A stretch of DNA of 64,000 nucleotides from Gemmatimonadota bacterium (lineage in GTDB: Bacteria > Gemmatimonadota > Gemmatimonadetes > Palauibacterales > Palauibacteraceae), in assembly GCA_963666735.1 (NCBI GenBank), contig OY762926.1, forward strand, positions 1,024,001 through 1,088,000. Reading direction: 5' to 3'. Under the pieces are notes generated by a model. The model had not been told where the DNA came from, searched no databases, and was given only the letters and a program-made list of their open reading frames with translations. Numbering within the stretch: the first letter of the stretch is position 1; each line of letters begins with the position of its first letter. A program made the position numbers and the translations under genes. Positions 56,263 through 64,000 of this stretch are shown piece after piece.

Positions 56263-56709
56263 ATGAAACGCTTCATCATGATTTCACTGCTTGCCACCGG
56301 AGGGTTCGCGGTCATGGCTCCCGATCTTTCGGCCCAGCGTGAGTACATCAATCCGAGGCACGCGAGCGAGGAAGGCGTCCTGCCCTTCAGCGGCGCCGTC
56401 TGGGTCGGCGACCTGCTCTTCGTCTCCGGGTCGCTCGGCCTCGTCGATGGCCGTCCCCCGAACGACGCCGAGGAGGAGGCCCGGCTCGTCATGGAGGCGA
56501 TCAAGAACACGGTGGAGGAAGCCGGGATCACGATGGACGACCTCGTCTCCGTGCAGGTCTTCTGCTCCGACGTCGATCTCTACGACGTCTTCAACGAGGT
56601 CTACAGAACCTATTTCACGGAGAACTTCCCCGCGCGCGCCTTCCTCGGCTCCGGCCCTCTGCTCTTCGGGGCGCGGTTCGAGGTGATGGCGATCGGCTCC
56701 CGCAACTGA
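56263..56709 (+). CDS. RidA/YjgF family protein with N-terminal signal peptide
   Basis: LPFSGAV, FNEVYRTYF, FPARAF, ARFEV. Confidence 0.85.
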   Translation: MKRFIMISLLATGGFAVMAPDLSAQREYINPRHASEEGVLPFSGAVWVGDLLFVSGSLGLVDGRPPNDAEEEARLVMEAIKNTVEEAGITMDDLVSVQVFCSDVDLYDVFNEVYRTYFTENFPARAFLGSGPLLFGARFEVMAIGSRN

Positions 56710-56764
56710 GCCGGGGCGGCTGAGGAGGGACAGACAGCGGAGGCGGACGCCTGAGGCGGGGCAC

Positions 56765-57718
56765 TTGAGCCGGGGGCCGGATCGGGTCACCGAAGCGGGA
56801 TCCGCCGGAGGGCCCCGGCCCGATCTCGCCGATGCGCTGGAGCGGGGAGAGATCGTCTTCTTCCGCGCGTGTCCGGTGGAACTTCCGCCGGATCGCGACC
56901 TGGAGCGACTGCGGGCGGAGCTTCCGCGCCAGCTGAAGGCGAAGAACGTCAGCTACCACCCGGAGAGCGGGCGTCTGCGCGGCGTGGCGGCGCGCGGAGG
57001 GCTGCGGGACGCCGTTCTCGACACCCTCACCGCGCACGGCGCCAGGGTTCGAGCCTTCCTGGGAGAGTGCATGCCCGCGCTCACCGAAGGATGGACCGTG
57101 GGAACGACGAGCTTCCGGCCGGTCCAGGAGCGCGGCCGCGGACTCTCCGCGCACGCGAGCAACGAGCTGATCCACTTCGATGCGGGCGCCTACGGAGCGA
57201 CGGACGGGGACCGCATCCTCCGCTTCTTCGTGAACGTGAACCCCGATGAGGACCGCGTGTGGTGCACGAAGGGGACGTTTCCCGACATTTTCGCGCGCTA
57301 CGGAGCCGACGCGGGCGTGACGGACAGCGGCTCGCTCGAGAGGGGGCCCGTGGACCGCTTCCGCGGGCGCCTGCTGCGGGGGATCGCGAAGGCGGGGCTG
57401 GGCGAGGCGGCGCTCGCGGACTCCAGTCCGTACGACCGGCTCATGCGTCGTTTCCACAACTACATGAAGGACACGCCGTCCTTCCAGGCGCGGGACGACA
57501 CATGGCGGGAGGTCCGTTTCCCGCCCTTCTCGGCATGGATGGTCCTCACCGACATGGTGAGCCACGCGAGCGTGTCGGGCCAGCACGCGCTGGTCGACAC
57601 GTTCGTCCTCCGCCTGGCCGCCTGCCGCCACCCGGAACTCGCCCCCATCAACATCCTGCGCGGCCAGGGGCCCTGCCACCGGGATGCGGGGAGTCCATCG
57701 CCCTCGGAAAGCCCTTGA
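56765..57718 (+). CDS. Kdo hydroxylase (KdoO-like) family dioxygenase
   Basis: KNVSY, TSFRP, LIHFDA, RILRFFVNVNP, SPYDRLM...HNYMK, TDMVSHASVSGQ. Confidence 0.75.
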   Translation: MSRGPDRVTEAGSAGGPRPDLADALERGEIVFFRACPVELPPDRDLERLRAELPRQLKAKNVSYHPESGRLRGVAARGGLRDAVLDTLTAHGARVRAFLGECMPALTEGWTVGTTSFRPVQERGRGLSAHASNELIHFDAGAYGATDGDRILRFFVNVNPDEDRVWCTKGTFPDIFARYGADAGVTDSGSLERGPVDRFRGRLLRGIAKAGLGEAALADSSPYDRLMRRFHNYMKDTPSFQARDDTWREVRFPPFSAWMVLTDMVSHASVSGQHALVDTFVLRLAACRHPELAPINILRGQGPCHRDAGSPSPSESP

Positions 57719-58116
57719 ACCGTGTCATCGCGGTGGATTGGTCCGGAGCGAAATCCGGAGCACGGTCCAAGATCTGGCTCGCCGAGGTCCGTGGCGGACG
57801 CCTGACGCGGCTGGAGTCGGGGCGTGATCGTGCCGAAGTCGTAAGGCATCTGATCGACGATGCCTGTGACGACCCCGATGTCGTCGTCGGCCTGGACTTC
57901 GCGTTCTCTTTCCCCCGCTGGTTTGCGGAAGAACAGCTTGCGACGCCCATCGAGGAACTCTGGAGTCTCACCGCCGAGCAGGGAGAGGCATGGCTACGTG
58001 GCTGCCGGCCTCCGTTTTGGGGAAGGCCTGGTAAGCGGAAGTCCGTCCTGCCCGAACATTTTCGGCTCACGGAGCGGCTGGCCTCCGAACGGGAGGGGCC
58101 GGTGCCGAAGAGCGTG
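57715..58116 (+). pseudogene. DUF429-like (RNase H-fold) protein, 3'-truncated
   Basis: IAVDWSGA, VGLDFAFSFP, FRLTER...PKSV, then abrupt switch into antisense RT sequence. Confidence 0.6.
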
Positions 58117-59103
58117 GCTGCCGTCCGTCGGGCGATAGTTCCAGCCGATGCGGTATCCAAGGAACTCGATCGGCTCCTCGGGGCATCGGAGGCATCGGGT
58201 CTTCCGTGCGTTGACCGGTAGCTTCAGTCGTTCCATGAGCCGGTTGACCGCCGCCAGCATCTCCGCCGCCGGTGCCTTTCCGAGCACGCAGAAGTCGTCC
58301 GCGTAGTTCACGATCTCCGCACCGAAGCGCCGGGCATGGCCCAGCGCCTTCCAGCCAAGGATGAACCGCCGCATGTAGATGTTGCTCAACAGCGGCGAGA
58401 TCGGAGCCCCTTGCGGAGTCCCCTTTCTCTCCTTCCGCGCCCGGTTCGTGCGGCGCTTGCCGCCCTCCCCGTCCTCCTCGACCACCGGCATCTCCAGCCA
58501 CGCCTTGACGAGTCCGAGCATCCGCCCGTCGCTCACGCGCCGGGCAACACTCTTCATCAACTCGGCGTGCGGTATCTCGCCGAAGTAGTTCGAGAGGTCC
58601 GCATCGACTACCTCGTTGCGGCCCGTGTGCAGCAGGCGGTGGATCCGCCTGACCGCGTCCTTGGCGCTTCGTCCCGACCGGTATCCGTACTGCTCCGGCT
58701 CCAGGTCCGCCTCGAAGATCGGCGACAGCACCAGCATCGCCGACGTCTGCGCAACCCGGTCCCTCAGGCAGGGGATGCCCAGGGGACGGAACTTCCCCGG
58801 CTGCCTCAGCACCCGTCGCACCGGACTCGGCTTGTAGGTGCCTTCCCTCAGGTCCCGCGACAGTTCCCCGACCCAGCGTTCCACTCCGTGCGCTTTGACA
58901 TCCGCGACCGTGACACCATCCACGCCCGCCGCTCCGCCGTTGCGCCGGACCAGCGCCCATGCCGCCAGCAGGAAGTCCTTCCGCCATACCTTGTCGACAA
59001 GGGCGTGAAAGCGCCGTCCGGGTTCTTCCTTCGCTTTCGCATGTAGCACGGTCCGGAGTTTCCGAACGCTCACCGACCCTGTTAGGCTCGCGCCAGTGGT
59101 CAT
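58117..59103 (-). pseudogene. ltrA: Group II intron reverse transcriptase/maturase, C-terminally truncated
   Basis: GAAGVDG, RPLGIP, DADLSNYF, GTPQGAPISPLL, YADD, EFLGY; thumb/X domain lost. Confidence 0.88.
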
Positions 59104-59666
59104 GTCCCCGCCTCCTTTCCGTACCGTTCCCGACTCAGGGCCCCTTTCCTCGACGGGCATTACCCCGCGTCTTCAGTACTACTGGCCCATCCGCCACCCC
59201 GCCCGGCCCGGCCCGCCCCTCGCGGGGTTCCGGTTGCCGCGTGCACGGCACCGACAGGGCTTCCCGTGTTGCCACGCATTCCATCCTCCACACGTGCCGA
59301 CGCCACTACCCCGGCGGAAACCGACCGGTTGTCCCGTCGCTCTCTTTCCGGCCAGTCGGCGGCCTTCCCCTTTCTTGCGGAGGGTCGGCTCCCGCGTTTG
59401 TTGTTTCGAGGCCTGCTCGGCGTTCACTCGCGTTTCGGCCCGCGTGGTCGCTGAACCGCCTTCCGACTTAGCTCCTCCCTTGGCCGTCTCCGCCGTTTCC
59501 GGCTTCGTGCCCGTGTAGGGTGTCGCGTATCGTGCGCGGTCCTTCTGCCAGAGTGCTTCAGCTCATGTCGTTACCTCCATGCACCGCTCTGGCTGCTACC
59601 GGCTGGAGCGACAGTTGCCGGGTGGGATTCGCACCCACTAGGAACGCGCGCCTTTCCACGGCGCAC
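58117..59666 (-). mobile_element. Group II intron, 3'-truncated (D5/D6 absent)
   Basis: GUGCG 5' end at 59666; domain I-III-like sequence; EBS1-like loop GCAAG in GCCGACC...GGGGAAGGC pairs with flanking UUUGC; RT ORF follows. Confidence 0.85.
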
Positions 59667-59829
59667 GCAAAGAATCACGTAAGTCTAACCAGGACTGCAC
59701 GATCTGCGTTTCCTGCCGTTGGTCTGTGACGGGTGCCACCGTGTACGAACTGCGTGATAATCGCCCTCAAGTGGCGGGAAACGCGGGTCAGGAGAGGCTC
59801 GGGTTCGGTCGTTCCGATCGTCGACCTTG

Positions 59830-60080
59830 GTTCGTGCACGGCGGGCTTGGCAGCGGTTGCGCTGCTGGCCCTTTCGTGTGGTGACGGGAGCATCGAGCGC
59901 GAGCCCTGCTGAGCCGGCCCCCTGCGACTGTGACCGTCACGCCCACGACGAAGGAACTCGCGGCCTCGGAGCGACGGTCGCCTTCGTTGCGAAGGAGCGT
60001 GGCCAACATGGCGCCCTTGGTGCACCGGCACCTCGGCGACCGTGACGGGCAACGGGCTGGCGACGATGATGGGCGAACGG
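59830..60080 (+). pseudogene. Degenerate Ig-like (Big_2-type) lipoprotein fragment
   Basis: LLALSCGDG lipobox then TVTVTPTTKELAA/LGATVAF...RGQHG across a stop and frameshifts. Confidence 0.45.
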
Positions 60081-60225
60081 CGGGTCCCCCTTGGCCGATT
60101 CTCACTTGGCCAGTCTCACCCCCTAACGTTTTTGGGGGCGTCTCGCGGTGTCTTCCTAGGGGCCGACCCGTTACGATTCAGCTTCCATCGTCATTCATCG
60201 GTCCAGGATCCGCGAAGAGCCAGAC

Positions 60226-61380
60226 GTGACCGTCCCACCTTACCGCCTATTCGTGCTCGGCGCTGGCTTCTCAGCACCTGCGGGCCTGCCTCTCGGCGTT
60301 GGTCTCCTTGAGCGGGTCCGAGAAGATCTCGGAGGCCCGCTTCGGTACTCTGGCCGGAACAGTATTCTGGAACAGGAGATCGAAGAATGGGCCACGCTGT
60401 ATCCAAATGAGCCGATCGACTTGGAACGGGTCCTCGCTTACAGCCACCGGAGGCACCACCTCCGACTCCTAGGTCCCGACGAGTACTTCGAGCACGGCAG
60501 CCGGTCAATAGTCGCTTCGCGGCGAGCGATCCAGCGAATACTCATTCAAGCGACGCCCAGCGACACGCCACCCCTGTACCGGGATTTTGCTCAGCGGCTC
60601 GGCCCCCGTGACGTGGTGCTCACCTTCAACTACGACACCCTCTTGGAACAAGCCCTCGACGACATCGGAAAACCGTACACGCTGACCCCTCAGTGGTGGC
60701 TCCAAACGGCCCCGGGAGAATTCGAACCGAAGTTTGTTGACCTGCTTAAGCTCCACGGGTCGATTGACTGGTATGACCGCTACTACCATGATGCAGCCGT
60801 GCGCTGGCACGCCGAGCGAGGTCACGACGTACCGAACCGGGATCCGATCTTCGGCCCGGCTCCGTCAGTTCCGTCAGAGCTTCTTGCGCGAGGACGGACG
60901 GATGTAGAGTTCGGCAAACACATCTTGCCCAGAGTCTTCCGCGTCCCCAATCACACGGAACACTTTCCCATGGAGGAGAGGATTGGGTCAAACATCGTTC
61001 CCTTCATTCTGCCGCCGGCCTACGACAAGCTGCTGGGAAACGCCCCCATCCTGGATCTGTGGGAGAATCTTCACCGGACGCAGGATTCCTATGCGTCGAT
61101 AGTCGTGATCGGCTACTCGATGCCTCCGTATGACAGCTACGCCTATGAGACGCTGGGCCGTCTCTTCGTCCAGTACCAACAGGGCGGCGATACGACGTCT
61201 TGGGAACACCGACGGCTGCCGATTCAACTAATCACGAGAGCTGACTCAGAGCAGCATGCTCTCAAGCGCGTTCCGTTTCTGGATTCCGCCAAGACACGCG
61301 TATGGAATCATGGATTCTCGACCGATTCTCTTGATTGGATCGATTGGGGAGCTGAACCGGACGACCCCGTGGTCGGGTAG
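60226..61380 (+). CDS. SIR2-family (SIR2_2-like) protein, putative NADase defence effector
   Basis: VLGAGFS...GLP, LTFNYDTLLE, LKLHGSIDW, VIGYSMP; lower GC than flanking core genes. Confidence 0.85.
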   Translation: MTVPPYRLFVLGAGFSAPAGLPLGVGLLERVREDLGGPLRYSGRNSILEQEIEEWATLYPNEPIDLERVLAYSHRRHHLRLLGPDEYFEHGSRSIVASRRAIQRILIQATPSDTPPLYRDFAQRLGPRDVVLTFNYDTLLEQALDDIGKPYTLTPQWWLQTAPGEFEPKFVDLLKLHGSIDWYDRYYHDAAVRWHAERGHDVPNRDPIFGPAPSVPSELLARGRTDVEFGKHILPRVFRVPNHTEHFPMEERIGSNIVPFILPPAYDKLLGNAPILDLWENLHRTQDSYASIVVIGYSMPPYDSYAYETLGRLFVQYQQGGDTTSWEHRRLPIQLITRADSEQHALKRVPFLDSAKTRVWNHGFSTDSLDWIDWGAEPDDPVVG

Positions 61381-61455
61381 TCTGGATCCGTGCGAGGTGG
61401 AGTTGCCCCGCTTTGACGGACACCTATCCATTGGGGTCAAGCAAGGAGGTGTTCC

Positions 61456-61770
61456 ATGGCGGGCCGGAAGGGGCGGTATCCATCCGAGTACAGGGAGCGG
61501 CTGGTGGAACTGGTGAGGGGCGGGCGTAGTGCCGCGTCACTCGCCCGGAAGTTCGAGCCGTCGGAGCAGACGATCCGGAACTGGGTCCGGCAGGCGGATG
61601 TGGACGAGGGGTTCCGTAGCGACGGGCTGACAACGGAGGCGCGCAGCGAGTTGCGGCGCCTGGAGCGGGAGAACAAGCGGCTCAGGATGGAGCGCGACAT
61701 CCTAAAAAAAGCCGCGGCCTGGTTCGCGAGGGAGAGCGGATCGATCCCCGGCGGGGGTATGCGTTCATGA
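61456..61770 (+). CDS. IS3 transposase OrfA
   Basis: HTH (EQTIRNWV), ELRRLERENKRLRMERDILKKA. Confidence 0.92.
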   Translation: MAGRKGRYPSEYRERLVELVRGGRSAASLARKFEPSEQTIRNWVRQADVDEGFRSDGLTTEARSELRRLERENKRLRMERDILKKAAAWFARESGSIPGGGMRS

Positions 61771-62615
61771 GGGCGCACCGGGCCGAGTTCCCGCTTCGGG
61801 CCATGTGCCGGGTGCTGGGTCTCTCCCCCAGCGGCTACTACGACTGGTTGAGGCGTCCTCCCTCGGACCGCGCGCGTCGGGACGCGGAACTGGAGGCGCG
61901 GATCGCGAAGATATGGACCGGCAGCGGCGAGACGTACGGCCGTCCGCGGATCCACGCGGCGCTCAGGGCCGAGGGCGAGCGGGTGGGGCAGAAGCGCGTG
62001 GGGCGGCTGATGAGGGGGCTGGAGATCGAGGGCGCGACCAGGCGGCGCTTCAAGACGGCGACGACGAAGAGGGATACCGAGGCCCGCCCCGCGCCGGACC
62101 TGGTGGACCGTGACTTCTCGGCCTCGGGGCCCGACGAGCTGTGGGTGGCCGACATCACCTACGTCCCCACGTGGGCTGGCTGGCTGTATCTGGCCGTCGT
62201 GCTCGACGTCTGGAGCCGCCGCGTCGTCGGCTGGGCCATGGCGACGCACATGCGGACCGAGCTCGTCGAGACCGCGCTGGCGATGGCTCTCGCAAGGCGT
62301 CGTCCCGAGGGTCGTGTCGTGCATCATTCCGACAGGGGCTCGCAGTACACCTCGCTCGCCTTCGGGGAGCGCTGCCGCGAGTCGGGCATCGCCCAGTCCA
62401 TGGGCTCGGCGGGCGATGCGTACGACAACGCCATGTGCGAGAGCTTCTTCGCCACCCTCGAGTGCGAGCTGATCTGGAAGCGCTCGTTCCGCACGGCGGA
62501 TGAGGCGCGACGGGAGGTCTTCGGCTTCATCGAGGGCTTCTACAACACCCGGCGGCTGCACTCGGCACTCGGCTACGAGTCGCCGGCCGACTACGAGAGC
62601 AACCATGCGGCCTGA
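61767..62615 (+). CDS. IS3 transposase OrfB (DDE), fused to OrfA by -1 frameshift
   Basis: WVADITY, HHSDRGSQY, DNAMCESFF; A7G slippery run at 61704-61711 with open -1 frame. Confidence 0.92.
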   Translation: MRAHRAEFPLRAMCRVLGLSPSGYYDWLRRPPSDRARRDAELEARIAKIWTGSGETYGRPRIHAALRAEGERVGQKRVGRLMRGLEIEGATRRRFKTATTKRDTEARPAPDLVDRDFSASGPDELWVADITYVPTWAGWLYLAVVLDVWSRRVVGWAMATHMRTELVETALAMALARRRPEGRVVHHSDRGSQYTSLAFGERCRESGIAQSMGSAGDAYDNAMCESFFATLECELIWKRSFRTADEARREVFGFIEGFYNTRRLHSALGYESPADYESNHAA

Positions 62616-63003
62616 GGCGCACCCGCGGCGCGCACCGACATCCTCTCCCGAGCGCCTGAGGGAGGCTGAAAGGAGAAGAACCGGAGGCGATCAACCACAG
62701 AAACTAACCGTCCGTGAAAGCGGGACAGCTCCAAGGTGCTCCAAGTGCCGATGGAACCTCCAAGACGTGGAATGAATGACGGCAAGCACCGCCACCCGAA
62801 CATAGCGTCCGGCGCAAACGTAACAGCCGAGAAACGGAGTAGGAACGCGCTCACGGAGCGATCTCCGCAGGCGAGGCGCAGGATCCCTTCGTTCCGTAGG
62901 GAGACACCGGTCTCGTACGACGCAGCCTTATGTGCACCCCAACAACGGGCGCTGACATGACCAACTTCGGGCACCGATTTCCTGTCGGGCGAGCCGTTTG
63001 CTA

Positions 63004-63699
63004 CTAGACCGGAAGGTCGATGCCGGTCTCGCGCAACAGCATCCGGCCAAGGTAGGAGATCTCGACTCTCGATTTGAAGCCATCCGACTTCGGGTCGAAG
63101 GGCGGGTACTCGCCCCGCTTCAAGAGATCGTTGTTGCGTCGTAGCAGACCAAGCCGCAACAGGTGCTGTATTCCAGCATCGTAGAGTTCGGCGCTTTCGA
63201 GTTGCTTTCTCGCTGATCCCAGGACCGTTGGCTCAGGTCGATCCACGGCGTCCCATGCTCCCGACCCGCTTCCGCCATAGGATTGACCGTAGGCGTTGAG
63301 CAAGAGGAATTCGTCGTCATCGATTTCGCCGAACAGCACGAGAAGACGCTTTCGTCTGATGGTGTCCGCATGGTGGGTGGCCAAGCCTCGAAAAACGAGT
63401 TCCGTGATCCGCGAAAGTCGCTCGGATGTCACGGCCCGCGCCGCCAGATATCCGCCCGACTCGACCAGATCGATGGCTTCGGGATCGCTCAAGGTGCTGT
63501 TCACCCTCTCATGTTCCAGAGTCGTGAGCCTTTCTTCAAGCTGTCGCAAGTACGCCACGATGCGTTCTTGACGCAGCCTCGGAATGGTCGCCGTGACCAC
63601 TTCGGCGAGCGGGCCACCCACCATTGGAGCAAAGCTGCCCGCAACTCTCACAACCTGTGCAACACGGTCCCGCCAATCGGAATCGAGTTGATCAGACAT
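63004..63699 (-). CDS. Hypothetical protein, Abi-alpha/DUF4393-like architecture
   Basis: Helical N-terminus; C-terminal LLRLGLL...EISYLGRMLL winged-helix-like ending; lower GC. Confidence 0.5.
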   Translation of the reverse strand: MSDQLDSDWRDRVAQVVRVAGSFAPMVGGPLAEVVTATIPRLRQERIVAYLRQLEERLTTLEHERVNSTLSDPEAIDLVESGGYLAARAVTSERLSRITELVFRGLATHHADTIRRKRLLVLFGEIDDDEFLLLNAYGQSYGGSGSGAWDAVDRPEPTVLGSARKQLESAELYDAGIQHLLRLGLLRRNNDLLKRGEYPPFDPKSDGFKSRVEISYLGRMLLRETGIDLPV

Positions 63700-63912
63700 G
63701 TCCGCCGCTTGCTTTATCTTCGTTCTCGGGTTGGATGGAGTAGGCGTCCAACAGTGAACTGAACACCGCGTTGCCGGACAAAGGTAACCATTCGCTCGCG
63801 GGGATTGCGAGACCGTGCTCTATGTCGGCCTCCTGGCGAATGAGTCGACCCGACGTTTGCAGCGTCCCGCGCCCGACTCCTCGCACGCCCGGCCATCACC
63901 TGTCCTTGACGA

Positions 63913-64000
63913 CTACGCCGCCCACCCGGCGCTTAGCGCCTCCGCCTGTTCGAGTACCGTCTTCGTCGCCTTCTCCTGCTTGTCGGGCGGATAGCCGTGC
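63913..64000 (-). CDS. hsdR: Type I restriction endonuclease subunit R, 3' end (partial)
   Basis: HGYPPDKQEKATKTVLEQAEALSAGWAA*, the typical HsdR (DUF3387) C-terminus. Confidence 0.85.
   Translation of the reverse strand, partial: HGYPPDKQEKATKTVLEQAEALSAGWAA

Larger units (their letters stand above)
61398..62733 (+). mobile_element. Complete IS3-family insertion sequence
   Basis: IRL TGGAGTTGCCCCGCTTTGACGGAC / IRR GTCCGTGAAAGCGGGACAGCTCCA; 3-bp AGG target duplication. Confidence 0.95.

Noticed and set aside
57994..59160. RT as retron, DGR or defence RT partnered with SIR2
   Set aside because: Sequence motifs and upstream RNA are those of a group II intron; no VTG retron motif or TR/VR repeats seen
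59667..60180. Integron attC sites (GTCTAAC, CCCTAAC...GTTACGA)
   Set aside because: No convincing paired L/R boxes, no cassette array and no integrase in the window
62737..63000. Gene interrupted by IS3
   Set aside because: Rejoining the flanks gives only short frames with no recognisable protein

Overview
High-GC (~70%) bacterial chromosome segment; gene content and style suggest Gemmatimonadota (inference). 1-13.8 kb holds four ATP-grasp amide ligases, a CBM48-like/alpha-beta esterase and a cyanophycinase/peptidase-S51-like protein, joined directly to glycogen genes (glgB, glgA, two GH57). This is the best candidate for an undescribed system (peptide ligation coupled to alpha-glucan metabolism). 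15.7-22.6 kb is a MoxR/DUF58/DUF4350/DUF4129/RDD-SpoIIM module. 23-57 kb contains an ABC exporter, many exported peptidases/hydrolases, a coupled SprT-like + YcaQ-like pair, a PAS-kinase/NarL two-component system with repeated GGGAGAWWCCCG-like boxes, an MltD-like enzyme, a TonB receptor with a structured leader, lhgO, ypdA, a PQQ dehydrogenase, RidA, a Kdo hydroxylase, two VapC toxin-antitoxin pairs and a hicBA relic. 57.7-64 kb is a lower-GC accessory/defence island: truncated group II intron, stand-alone SIR2 gene, intact IS3, Abi-alpha-like ORF and the 3' end of hsdR. No rRNA, tRNA or CRISPR array was seen. All family calls come from motif recognition by eye, not database searches.
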